From: Squalus acanthias
Taxonomy: Eukaryota
DNA: 64,000 bases
Assembly: GCA_030390025.1 (NCBI GenBank)
Contig: CM059433.1
Coordinates: forward strand, 9,178,001-9,242,000
Reading direction: 5' to 3'
The translations under genes and the position numbers were made by a program. This document shows, one piece after another, positions 1 through 10,885 of the stretch (the first letter of the stretch is position 1; each line of letters starts with the position of its first letter). The notes under the pieces are model-generated. The model did no database searches and was not told where the DNA came from. It saw nothing but the letters and a program-made list of their open reading frames with translations.

Positions 1-3000
1 GGCTGATCTTGGGCTCAAAACCACTGCCCTGCCCGCTCCCCATAACCCTTCACTCCCTTACCTTGCAAAAATCTGTCTATCTCCACCTTAAATATATTTA
101 ATGACCCAGCCTCCACAGCTCTCTGGGGCAGAGAATTCCACAGATTTATGACCCTCCGAGAAGAAATTCCTCCTCATCTCAGTTCTAAAAGGGCGACCCT
201 TTATTCTAAAACTGTGCCCCCGCGTTCTAGATTTCCTCACGAGGGGAAACATCCTCTCTGCATCTACCTTGTCAAGCCCCCTCAGTATCTTATGTGTTTC
301 AATAAGATCACCTCTCATTCTTCTAAATTCCAATGAGTATAGGCCCAGCCTGCTCAACCTTTCCTCATAAGTCAACCCCCTCATCTCTGGAATTAACCTA
401 GTGAATCGTCTCTGAACTGCCTCCAATGCAAGTATATCCTTCCTTAAATGAGACCAAAACTGTACGCAGTACTCAAGGTGTGGTCTCACCAATACCCTGT
501 ACAGTTGTAGCAGGACTTCCCTGCTTTTATACTCCAACCCCTTTGAAATAAAGGCCAACATTCCATTTGCCTTTTTGATTACTTGCTGTACCTGCATGCT
601 AACTTTGTGTTTCATGCACAAGGACCCCCAAGTCCCTCTGAACTGTAGTATTTTGTAATCTCTCTCCATTTAAATAATAATTTGCTTTTTTATTTTTCCT
701 GCAAAAGTGTATAACCTCACACTTTCCCACATTATACTCCATCTGCCAAATGTTTGCCCACTCACTTAGCCTGTCTATATCCCTTTGCAGGTTCAAGTCC
801 TCTGCACAACTTGCTTTCCCACCCATCTTTGTATCATCCGCAAACTTGGCTACATTACACTCGGTCCCTTCATTCAAGTCATTAATATAGATTGTAAATA
901 GTTGAGGCCCCAGCACTGATCCCTGTGGCACCCTACTAGTTACAGTTTGCCAACATGAAAATTACCCATTTATCCCGACTCTGTTTTCTGTTAGTTACCA
1001 ATCCTCTCTCCATGCTAATATATTACCGCCAACCCTGTGAGCGCTTATCTTGTGCAGTAACCTTTTATGTGGCACCTTATCGAATGCCTTCTGGAAATCT
1101 AAATACACCACATCCACTGGTTCACCTTTGTCCACCCTGCTCGTTACCTCCTCAAAGAACTCCAGCAAATTTGTTAAACATGATTTCCTTTTCATAAAAC
1201 CATGCTGACTCTGCTTGACTGCATTATGATTTTCCAAATGCCCTGCGACTGCTTCCTTAAATGAAGAACTCCAGCATTTTCCCAACGACAGATGTTAGGC
1301 TAACTGGTCTATAGTTTCCTGCTTTCTGTCTCCCTCCTTTCTTAAATAGGGGTGTTACATTTGCGGTTTTCCAATCCGCTGGGACCTCTCCAGAGTCATG
1401 GGGATTTTGGTATATTGCAACCAATGCAGCCACTACTTTAAGACCCTGGGATGCAGGCCATCTGGTCCAGGGACTTGTCATCTTTTAGTCCCATTATTTT
1501 ACCAAGTACTATTTCCTTAGTGATAGTGATTGTCTTTAGTTACCCCCTCCCTGTGGCCCCTTGATTATCCATTATTGGGATGTTGTTAGTGTCTTCTACC
1601 GTGAAGACAGATACAAAATATTTGTTCAGAGTCTCTGCCATTTCCCCGTTCCCCATTATTAATTCCCCAGTCTCATCCTCTAAGGGACCAATGTTTACTT
1701 TAGCTACTCTCTTCCTTTTTATATACCTGTAGAAGCTCTTACTATCTGTTTTAATGTTTCTTGCCAGTTTACTCTCATAATTCACCACCTCTCTCATTTT
1801 TTTTAGTCATCCTTTGCTGGTTTCTAAAAATTTCCCAATCCTCTGGTCTCCCACCAATCTTGCCAACATTGTATGCCTTCGTTTTCAATTTGATACCATC
1901 CTTTACTTCCTTAGTTAGCCACGGATGGTGCTCCCTTCTCAAAATCTTTCTCTCACTGGAATATATTTTTGTTGAGAGTTATGAAATATCTCCTTAAATG
2001 TCTGCCACTGCATTTCAACTGTCTTACCCTTTAATTTATTTTTCCAGTCCACTTTAGCCAGTTCTGCCCTCATGCCATTGTAATTGCCTTTGTTTAAGAT
2101 CAGGACACTGGTTTGAGATACAACTTTCTCACCCTCCAACTGAATTTGAAATTCAACCATGCTATGACCACTCTTTCCTAGAGGATCCTTTACTAGGAGA
2201 TCATTTATTAGTTCTGTCTCATTACACAGTACCAGATCCAAGATAGCCTGCTCCCTGGTCGGTTCCATTACATACTGTTCTAGGAAACCATCCCGGATGC
2301 ACTCTATGAACTCCTCAAGGCTATCATGGCCAATTTGATTTGTCCAATCAATATGGAGATTAAAATCACCCATGATTATTACCCTACCTTTTTTACAGGC
2401 CTCCATTATTTGTTGATTTATATTCTGTCCAACAGTATTGCTACTGTTCGGGGGCCTGTAGACTACACCCACCAGAGACTTTTTCCCTTTTATTATTTTT
2501 TATCTCCACCCAAACCGATTCTACATCTTGATCTTCTGAGCCAATATCACTTCTCACCACTGCACTCATCCCATCCTTTACCAACAAAGCCACCCCACTC
2601 CCTTTCCTTTCTGTCTATCCTTCCGAATTGTCAAATACCCTGGAATATTTAGTTCCCAGCCCTGATCACCTTGCAACCACGTCTCTGTAACGGTGATTAG
2701 ATCATACCCATTTGTATCTATTTGTGCCTGCAACTCATCTATCTTGTTACGAATGCTGCGTGCATTCAGATATAAAGCTTTTAACTTTGTCTTTACCATT
2801 TCTCCTTGTTTTGGCCCCATTTTCTGTTGCACTTTTATTTTTAAACATTCTGTCCCTTCCCATCACACTCTGGTTATTATTTCCCCCATCTCTATCCTGC
2901 TCTATTGCTTTCTGATTTCTCATTGACTTTTTAAATTCCCGCTCACCTGGATCCTCCCCCCGACTATTTAGTTTAAAGCCCTCTGCAGCCCTAGTTATTC

Positions 3001-3345
3001 AATTCGCCAGGACTCTAGCCCCAGCATGGTTCAAGTGAAGCCCGTCCAAACGGAACAGCTCCCTCTTATCCCAGTACTGGTGCCAGTGCCCCACAAATCG
3101 AAACCCATTTCTCCCACACAAATGTCTTTGAGCCACTTGTTCATTTCTCTGATCTTATTTACCCTATGCAAATTCGCTCATGGCTCAGGTAGTAATCCAG
3201 AGATTATTACCTTTGTGATTCTGCTTTTAATTTAGCCCCTAGCTGCTCATACTCTCTCAGCAGAACCTCTTTCTTTGTCCTACCTATGTCATTGGTGCCT
3301 ACGTGGACCATGGCAACTGGATCCTCCCCCTCCCACTCCCTCCAG
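1..3345 (-). mobile_element. CR1/HER1-like LINE, 5'-truncated and decayed: ORF1 esterase remnant, ORF2 APE endonuclease plus reverse transcriptase; 3' tail runs off the window edge
   Basis: Collinear ORF fragments: LYLNARSIRNK/ITVTETWL, GVVYRPPNS, IMGDFN, GNYRPVSLTSVVGK, YLDFQKAFDKVPH, PQGSVLGPQLF, KFADDTK, RPHLEYCVQFWS. Broken by frameshifts and stops. Confidence 0.95.
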
Positions 3346-3665
3346 CCCAGATGACAACCAATGCATCCACTATTTCCATGGCTACCTCTTTTAGTTCTCT
3401 GGGATGCAGATTATCAGGCCCTGGGGATTTATCAGCTTTCAGTCTCATTAATTTCTCCAGCACTATTTTTTTTTTTTACTAATACTAATTTCCTTTAATT
3501 CCTCCTTCTCACGAGACCCTTGGTTCTCTAGCATTTCTAGGAAGTTATTTGTGTCCTCTTCCGTGAAGACAGGACCAAAGTATTTGTTTAATTGCTCTGC
3601 CATTTCCTTGTTCATTATAAATTCTCCCATTTCTGTCTGTAAGGGACCTACATTTGTCTTCATGA
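3346..3665 (-). mobile_element. Short internal CR1 ORF2 fragment of a different subfamily
   Basis: VGPLQTEMGEFIMNKEMAEQLNKYFGPVFTEED in ORF 3463..3717, followed by KADKSPGPDNLHPR-type sequence. Confidence 0.85.
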
Positions 3666-3994
3666 TGTGGGTGTCCCTTTGAGAAGCGCGGACAGAGTCT
3701 CTGTAGGTCTGCTGCACGCTCGGTTTTCAGAGCGAGCTTAGGACCCAGCGCTAAACTCAGCGCCACGGTCCAAGTTCGCAGAGCGTGGCATCAAATCGGC
3801 GTTGCACGACAGCTAACATCACGCTCTCCACATTTGCATGTCTAGGGTCAGCGGTGCCAACGGCAGCGCTCTGGCCCTCACCATAATGGTGGCCGCCAAG
3901 TCCCGTGCCAGAGGCGGGCGGAAGAGCGGCAGTCGCCTTTTTTTTCACAAATCTGCCGGTAAAGGGTGGCGGTAAGTAGCTGAATTTCTAGGCC
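3666..3994. mobile_element. GC-rich terminal fragment of a Harbinger-type MITE
   Basis: Ends in GAATTTCTAGGCC (3982-3994), matching the right TIR AATTTCTGGGCC of the MITEs at 6746-7505 and 18082-18818. No left end found. Confidence 0.45.
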
Positions 3995-4680
3995 TGGGAC
4001 TGCCACTGTGAATGGGGAGCCATTTTATTTGGCGGGCCAATGAATTTGCAATGAGGCATCCCACATTCAAACATCTGCAGATGCACCCACTGGGATTACC
4101 TGTGCAAATATCTTCCTTGTTGAATTCTGTTGAACTTGATTTTTTTTGGTGTTGCACCAATGCCTTTTACTTCCAAATCAATTTAAACCTTTAAGTATTG
4201 AAATCAGTGAGATGGCCTCTCCAAAACTGCTGCTGGGCAGTTCTGTGTCTTAACTTGGCTGGTGCTCGACATTCACTGATTCAGTGCAATGCTACCGGAT
4301 CATTTGCACCCATGTGCCCTGCAGCTAGGAACAGATGCTGTGATGTAAAAGATTTACTGTAAAGATTTCTGTGATTTTAGAGCACATTAGTGAGACTGTG
4401 CGATAGACATCAAATCCGTGAGACTCATGGAGAATCCATGAGTTGACACATCTGCATTCATCCGCTGTTGCTTACCCTTGCCACTACTTCCTAACCCACG
4501 TGTTCCTCCCTTTTTTTCCTCAGTCCATCAGAAAACACAGGTGTTCCAATCACACAGCATTAGGAGAACCTTCCAGAAGCATAGAAATTACAAGATTATA
4601 ATATGGGTGCTTATTTCTTAACGCTGCTGAAGAGTTGAAGACTTTTGGGGGACCAGTCTTTAAAAGGTAGATGCTTTCTA

Positions 4681-5145
4681 GGGCAACACGGTGGCATAGT
4701 GGTTAGCACTGGTGCCTCACAGCGCCAGGGATCCAGGTTCGAATCCGGCCTCGGGTGACTGTCTGTGTGGAGTTTGCACATTCTCCCCGTGTCTGCGTGG
4801 GTTTCCTCCGGGTGCTCCGGTTTCCTCCCACAGTCCAAAGATGTGCGGGTTAGGTTGATTTGGCTATGATAAATTGACCCTTAGTGTTAGGGGGATTAAA
4901 TAAGTGGGGTTACGGGGATAGGATGGGATATGTTAGGGGGAATTAAATACGTGGGGTTACGGGGATAGGGTGGGATATGTGTCGGTGCAGGCTCGATGGG
5001 GATTCTGTGTGAGGAAGCAGGGATAGGATACTGGATTTGGATGATCAGCCATGATCGTATTGAATGGTGGAGCAGGCTCGACGGGCCGAATGGCCTACTC
5101 CTGCTCCTAGTTTCTATGTTTCTATCTATGTTTCTATGTTTCTGT
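4681..5145 (+). mobile_element. HE1-like V-SINE: tRNA-derived head, V-domain, CR1/HER1 3' tail
   Basis: A box TGGCATAGTGG, B box GGTTCGAATCC, V-domain TGTGTGGAGTTTGCACATTCTCCCCGTGTCTGCGTGGGTTTCCTCCGGGTGCTCCGGTTTCCTCCCACAGTCCAAAGA, tail GGGCCGAATGGCCTACTCCTGCTCC plus (TTCTATGT)n. Confidence 0.92.
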
Positions 5146-5954
5146 GCAACACAATTGCTGCCTTGGACTGCCTGCTAAGGAGCTGCCACAAAAAGGAGTG
5201 AGGAGGAGTCCACTACCAACTTGTGGGGGATTCTGGCACATGGCATTGACACTCTGCAGTCAACTATTGAGTGTGGGGTCGCCTCAATGGATGCTGCAGC
5301 TGGGCCCTCCATTCAGGAGTCTCTGGCACCACTAATAGCATCTCTCAGATATGCTCCTTGTGGGCTCTGGGCTCAAACATCTCCTTGCCCTTGGACAAGC
5401 TGGGAGACAGAATTGATAGAGGCTTCATTTGGATGACAGATGTCCTAGAGTTTGTACTCCTGTAGATAGTAGCTCCGAAGGGTCACAAACCGTGAGTACT
5501 CACGAGCCCTCGAATGAGCCATAGCTGCCTGCCACCTCCCACATTGCAGCCACTGGGGTAGCACCTCGTAAAAGCACTAGAGTAGTTGAGAGAGCTTTTG
5601 AAACAGGCATTAGAGACTCACATCAGGGTGATAATTAGTATGTCGGCATTTCTGTCAGTCAGCAGAATTATAATGCTTTTTGACATCTGTGTGTGTGCAG
5701 TGTTCGTATCATAGCTGGTGACCTTGCAATCTTCCTTGACATGATTATTTATTGTAGGGTAGAAGCACTGAGCGAAATGCAGGGGAGCAGGAATTGTTCA
5801 GGTCAAGCACTCTACAATGAACTGCTGCTAAAGAAGTCTGGCTGCAAGCAATTGTTGGGGCCCTCCCACATCCTTGCCATCCTGTAATTCCTCAGTGTCT
5901 TCCCCATGATCATGCCGAAAGTCCCCTTCCAACAGTAGTTCCATGTGTCGTCCG

Positions 5955-6560
5955 CTGCAGAGCAAAGCTATGCAGCATACAGCAAACCACAATCATACAG
6001 AACACTTTGTGGGCTGCACTACAAGATGCCACCAGATCTGTCCAGGCAGCAAATTGTTGCTTGAGGACTCCAATGGTCTGCTTCATGAGGCTCTAGTTGA
6101 ACCATGGATCAGACTGTACTGATATTCAGACACCAAGCACAGATTCCTAAGAGACATTAGCCAAGTGTGCAGTGGATAGTCCTTGGCTCAATGAAACCAG
6201 CCTCTCACTTGCTGTGCAGGGGGGGGAAAAAAAAGTGGGGTGACGGAGGATTGCCATAATATAAAACGTCATGGCAGCTGCCAGGGGAGCGAGCACAGAC
6301 CTGCATGATACACTGCTAGTGATCACATACCGGTTGCACATTAACAGAGTGGAAGCCCTTGTGATTCATAAAGGCAATGGGCTCATGTGGAGGTGCCCGC
6401 AAAACAACATGGTTGCAGTCAATGATACACTGGACTTGTGGGAAGGTTGCAATCTGTGCGAACTCCAGAGTCCTTTCTTGTTGCTACCAGATGTCCATGG
6501 GAAGCAATGAAAGTATTTGATTTAGCAAACAAGGCATCAGTCATCAGTTTAATGCAGGCT
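5955..6560 (-). pseudogene. PIF/Harbinger DDE transposase fossil (HARBI1-like)
   Basis: Manual minus-strand translation: FAQIATFPQVQCIIDCNHVVLRAPPHEPIAFMNHKGFHSVNVQPVCDH*QCIMQVCARSPGSCHD, then KDYPLHTWLMS, QTIGVLKQ, CLDRSGGIL*CSP, IVVCCMLHSFAL. These match the Harbinger motifs IDCTH, NRKGFHSxNVQ, WPGSxHD, GYPLxxWLMTP, RFRCLDRSGG and CCxLHN. Stops and frameshifts present. Confidence 0.88.
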
Positions 6561-6745
6561 GGTCTGCAGGCTGATGTCCCCTGTGGCAGCCTTTAAAACC
6601 TTGCTTACGGCACACAACTCCTGTCCACACTTTGCGTCATGATTTTCGTGTCAACATTTAACGTTGAAAATCACTATGAAAACATTTAGAATTGGAAAAC
6701 CCTATCTAAAGTTGCAAACATTTGCTATGTAAACAGTAGACTATT

Positions 6746-7505
6746 GGGCCAAAAATTCGACCCTTCCCGGGTGAGTACACAGTCTGTACTCACCCGTACT
6801 GCGTCCCGAAATGCCGGTTTCCTGCATGCACTGCGCATGAGCGGGAAACCGGAACTTCCGGTCTGGTGAAGGGGGCGGTTCCTAGGTGAACTGCGTGCAC
6901 TGTAGAGGCTGCGCGCACGCAGCACACTTAGATTTTTTTTCAGGTTTCTATGCGAGGGTAAGTAGTGAAGAAACTACGCTATCAAAAAGGAGGCGCAAGA
7001 CCCGTTTTCAACAAGTGGTTAATTAATTATAATTTAAAAAAATTTTCAACAGGTTTATCTTTTTTAGATACTTTAAAGAAAGGTAAGTTTATTTTTTATC
7101 ACTTTTTAAAAGTATTTTAATTTTTTCAAAAATTTAAATTTTCGTTTAAAGTGGTTAATTTATTTAACTATAGTTATTTTATAAATGTGATGGTTTTTTT
7201 TTTAATTTATTTTAAGTTTAGCTGTTCTTTTGGGGCCGATTTCAATTCACGGATTTGACTGGTCTCCTGTCAAATCTATGAATGAAAGATGGTCTGCTGC
7301 CATTGGCTCTCCATGGCCCACGTGATCCCAGGGGACGCATCGCACTAACTACGCCCCTGGGACACGCAAGCACTGCGCGCCGGCTCTTGGAGCAGGCCCA
7401 GGAGCTGAAGTTCCCGTGGGCCCAAAACACAACGGCAGGCGCGGTAGGCAAGTGCGCGCGCGATCCTTATCCCCGCGGCAAGCCGGAGGCGCGAATTTCT
7501 GGGCC
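6746..7505. mobile_element. Non-autonomous Harbinger-type MITE, copy 1
   Basis: TIRs GGGCCAAAAATTCG and CGAATTTCTGGGCC; 3-bp TSD ATT (6743-6745 and 7506-7508); interior homologous to 18082-18818. Confidence 0.85.
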
Positions 7506-8802
7506 ATTATGTGTTGAAGGCTAGCGCAACTTTGTGACAGTCCGGTGCAGTCTCTCAAATCTCTCTTTCCCCCAACTCGGGTAACCATTTTTGATCTTAA
7601 TTAATTTCTATCGCCAACTTTTTAATTTTTAAAATACTTTTTGCACAGTTATCCCTTTTCTGGCACCCTGGTGGGCTCTCAAGCTTTGGTCCTGGTCTCT
7701 TGCTCTGCTTCTCTTTCTCTCACCATTGGCCTACTGATGCGCCCGCTGAGCTCATGCCCTTCCCAGTCTCAGGCCCAGTCCAAATTGCCCTGACTATGAA
7801 ATTCTGCTACCTCTCCACCAGCCCCTGTCCAACTCTTCTGGGGTCCAATGGCCCTTCTCCCTGCCAGGCACACTTGAAAAACCTGTTCCTAGTCTTCACC
7901 AGGAACTGGCTTTTGAAGTGCGAGTATGCAGAATTCCCTGAAGAGTTTCCCCACAACATAGCAGGGTTGTGAGAGCGCAAAAGGGTTGAGGGAGGAGGCA
8001 GACAGGTGTGACTGTGGTGGTAGCCATGGGGGGAGGCAGTTCGAAAGGGGCCAAAAGGTAGCTGGAGTCCCATTCTCCTGAGCCTCCTCCCCCACAAGGG
8101 TGCTATATAACCTGCTCTTCCCCAGCTCAAAACTGCCAGATTTTCACAAAACTGCCAGCTCTGCCCCCTCATGCAACAAAAACCCCATCCCCAGTCCCGT
8201 TAGACCCACAACTTTCCTTCACAAGCTTCCTCCATCCACCACTCCAGATCTCAGGACCCCCCTCAGTGGTCTCAAATCATTTGATTACATTTCCAGCGCA
8301 CCCAGTGCCCAGTGCCCAGAACCACCCCAGACCCAGCTTTAGATAGGATTTTCCCCATTAGAACTGCACTCCTGTTATAAAATCTCTGAGACTCACTGTG
8401 TGCGCTGCTGCAAGAGATCTGCTAGTTTATAATGAATTCTGAAGAAATGTTTCTGATCTTTATTAGACTACATACAATTTCTACAATGCAAGATCAGGAC
8501 ACTAATTTTGGTTGTTTCAGTTGCTTCACAGCCCTAGCTTAAAGGTATAGTTTTTTTAAAAATCCACACTAATAATTAATAGCAAGCTTTTTAAACAATC
8601 AGGAAACTTTTTAGCACGAGATATATTATCCAAATTCTTAGTGAACCATTTGATTGGATTGTCGTCCCTCAGCTTCTCTCAGAATGGAATTCTACCAATT
8701 ATGACAAGAGTTTGGATTGGCCACCTCACAGCCATTGTTCAATGCTCTGGTTAGAAACTGGTTAAGAGAGTTCTGAAGGTCCCTCTCTCTCCACAAAAGA
8801 AG

Positions 8803-9033
8803 CCATGATGCGGAGATGCCGGTGTTGGACTGGGGTGGAGAAAAGTGAGAAGTCGCACAACACCAGGTTATAGTCCAACAATTTTATTTGAAATCACAAG
8901 CTTTCGGAGCTGCTGCTCCTTCGTCAGGTGAAGCCTTCACCTGACGAAGGAGCAGCAGCTCCGAAAGCTTGTGATTTCAAATAAAATTGTTGGACTATAA
9001 CCTGGTGTTGTGCGACTTCTCACTTTTGTCCAC
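8803..9033. mobile_element. Fold-back (palindromic) pLTR mini-element of a Penelope-like retroelement
   Basis: Near-perfect inverted repeat centred at about 8934 with a one-sided extension of about 33 nt. Flanked by TCCACAAAAGAAG and TCCACAAACGAAG (8790-8802, 9029-9041). The same sequence occurs at 10540, 23666 and 32040. Confidence 0.88.
8937..8974 (+). ncRNA. Minimal type I hammerhead ribozyme motif (mirror copy on the minus strand at 8894-8931)
   Basis: UCAC-CUGACGA-A-GGAGC(AGCA)GCUCC-GAAA-GCUU-GUGA: CUGANGA and GAAA core, 5-bp helix II, helix I UCAC/GUGA, palindromic AAGCUU in place of helix III. Predicted cleavage after 8970. Confidence 0.8.
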
Positions 9034-9834
9034 AAACGAAGTTTCATCCCTTGTCCATCTCCAAGGCAACCACTTCCACCGCAACTTCTCTAAAACCTAC
9101 ACCCTAAATTACTACTGTATCTCATGATTCACTTCCTTCTCTGGACTTTTCAAAATGACCTCATCACATCCAACTTCCCAAATCTAACTTTCTGTCGTTT
9201 GCTAGATCGGCCATCAACGGACATCTTATCATTTATCAAAGTTTCCTAAGGGTTCAATTATTAATTGCACCTTTTTCCACTTAACACCATCCAAAAGCTC
9301 AATGTAAATTGAAAATTACTCAACCTTCCCACAGATAATGTTTTGCACTCTTGCAAGTGGCAATTATGGATAGCCAATTGAAGATTCCAAATCTCAATCT
9401 CTCTCTTTTTCTTTCAAGTTAAACATGGTCTGATTTCAGTGTTTTGTTAGAGTAGAACTTCATTTTCAGTTTCTTGATCCACATGTTGCTCGAGTGTCTC
9501 TTACACTACACACTAACTCTACTAGCAAACTGCTCCTGGTTTCCATCAACAGCACTCAAACATGTAATTTGGCAGTGTCCCACCATAGCTTGGAACTCAC
9601 TTCAACTTGTGCCTTCTGTTAGTAAGCATCTAGTCCATTCTCTGTACGAGGAGATTAGTAAATGAGAAAATAGACGACCATAAGCAAATATGCTCACATT
9701 CTATCACAAACATGTCAGCTCCAGTGCACTGCAACGCCAGTCTCCTCAGGGACAGAAGACAGCTCCAATGTTTTGTTAGCCAGGCAGCTTTTCTTTTTTA
9801 ATCCCAATTTCCCACCTCCCCTAAGTTCCCAAGT

Positions 9835-10310
9835 ATCTATCGCACTTTTAAACACCTCGATTGATTCTGCATCGATGGCCTTCCAGGGCAGTTCACTTTA
9901 TAGCCTCACAATTCAATAAAAAGATTTTTTTCTGGATTCACTTAACTGTTTAGTTTGAAATCTAAGATTATATCTTCTTGTTCTCGGTTATCCTACTCAA
10001 GAAGCGGTTTTCTATCTACCCTATCAATTTCCTTCATTATTTTGAGCACCTCAATCAGATCACCTCTTAGCCTAGTCACCTCCAGGGAATGTAACCCTAG
10101 TTACACGGCTCTCAGGATAGCTACGTCCCTACATCCTAGGTGAATTGTTCCTGGATGCTCTCCGAGGCCAGTATGAGTTTTCTAAGGTGAGCCTTTCAAA
10201 AACTGAAAACAATATTCCAAATGAGGTCTGACTAGCACGCTGTATAATTATAGCAGTACGTCCTTGCTTTTATATTCTATATCCCTTCCAATGAAGCAAC
10301 ACCCTGCATT
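9835..10310 (-). mobile_element. Old, degraded CR1 3' fragment
   Basis: Reverse strand resembles the ORF2 C-terminus (LYSVLVRPHLEYCFQF; RLRGDLIEVLKIMKEIDRVD). Confidence 0.7.
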
Positions 10311-10377
10311 GAGGAGCTAGATTTTAATAACTTATGTACTCGATACCTGTTCATCTACCTCTCCTTCCCCCAGTGCT

Positions 10378-10885
10378 TCATAGAATCATAGAAATTTACA
10401 GCACGGAAGGAGGCCATTTCGGCCCATCGTGTCCGCGCCGGACAAAAAAGAGCTCTCCAGCCTAATCCCACTTCCCAGCTCTTGGTCCGTAGCCCTGTAG
10501 GTTAGAGCATCCCAAGTGCACATCCAAGTACTTTTTAAATGTGAGAAGTCACACAACACCAGGTTATAGTCCAACAGCTTTATTTGAAATCACAAGCTTT
10601 CGGAGCGCTGCTCCTTCGTCAGGTGAAGTGAAGAGATGCATATAGGCATATGGTTCTTTTGACAATTATCTTAAATCTGTGTTCTCTGGTTACCAACCCT
10701 CCTGCCAATGGAAACCATTTCTCCTTATTTACTCTATCAAAATCCGCATAATTTTGAACACCTCTATTAAATCTCCCTTTAACCTTCTCAGCTCTAAGGA
10801 GAACAATCCCAGCTTCTCTAGTCTCTCCACATAACTGAAGTCCCTCATCCCTGGTTTCATTTTGTTAAATCTCTTCTGTATCCTT
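10378..10885 (-). mobile_element. CR1 3' end interrupted by a single PLE pLTR arm (about 10540-10650)
   Basis: (TCATAGAA)n tail on the + strand with GGAGGCCATTTCGGCCCATCG; RRLRGDLIEVFKIM-type coding sequence on the minus strand; internal PLE arm with a hammerhead on the minus strand (about 10590-10626). Confidence 0.85.

Noticed and set aside
4681..4755. tRNA-like sequences (also near 17575 and 45425)
   Set aside because: They are SINE heads continuing directly into SINE bodies and LINE-derived tails; no complete cloverleaf or terminator.
8835..9033. Long perfect hairpin as a possible pre-miRNA or MITE
   Set aside because: Multicopy, with hammerhead cores, an asymmetric tail and 12-13 bp TSDs, which fits PLE pLTR palindromes better.
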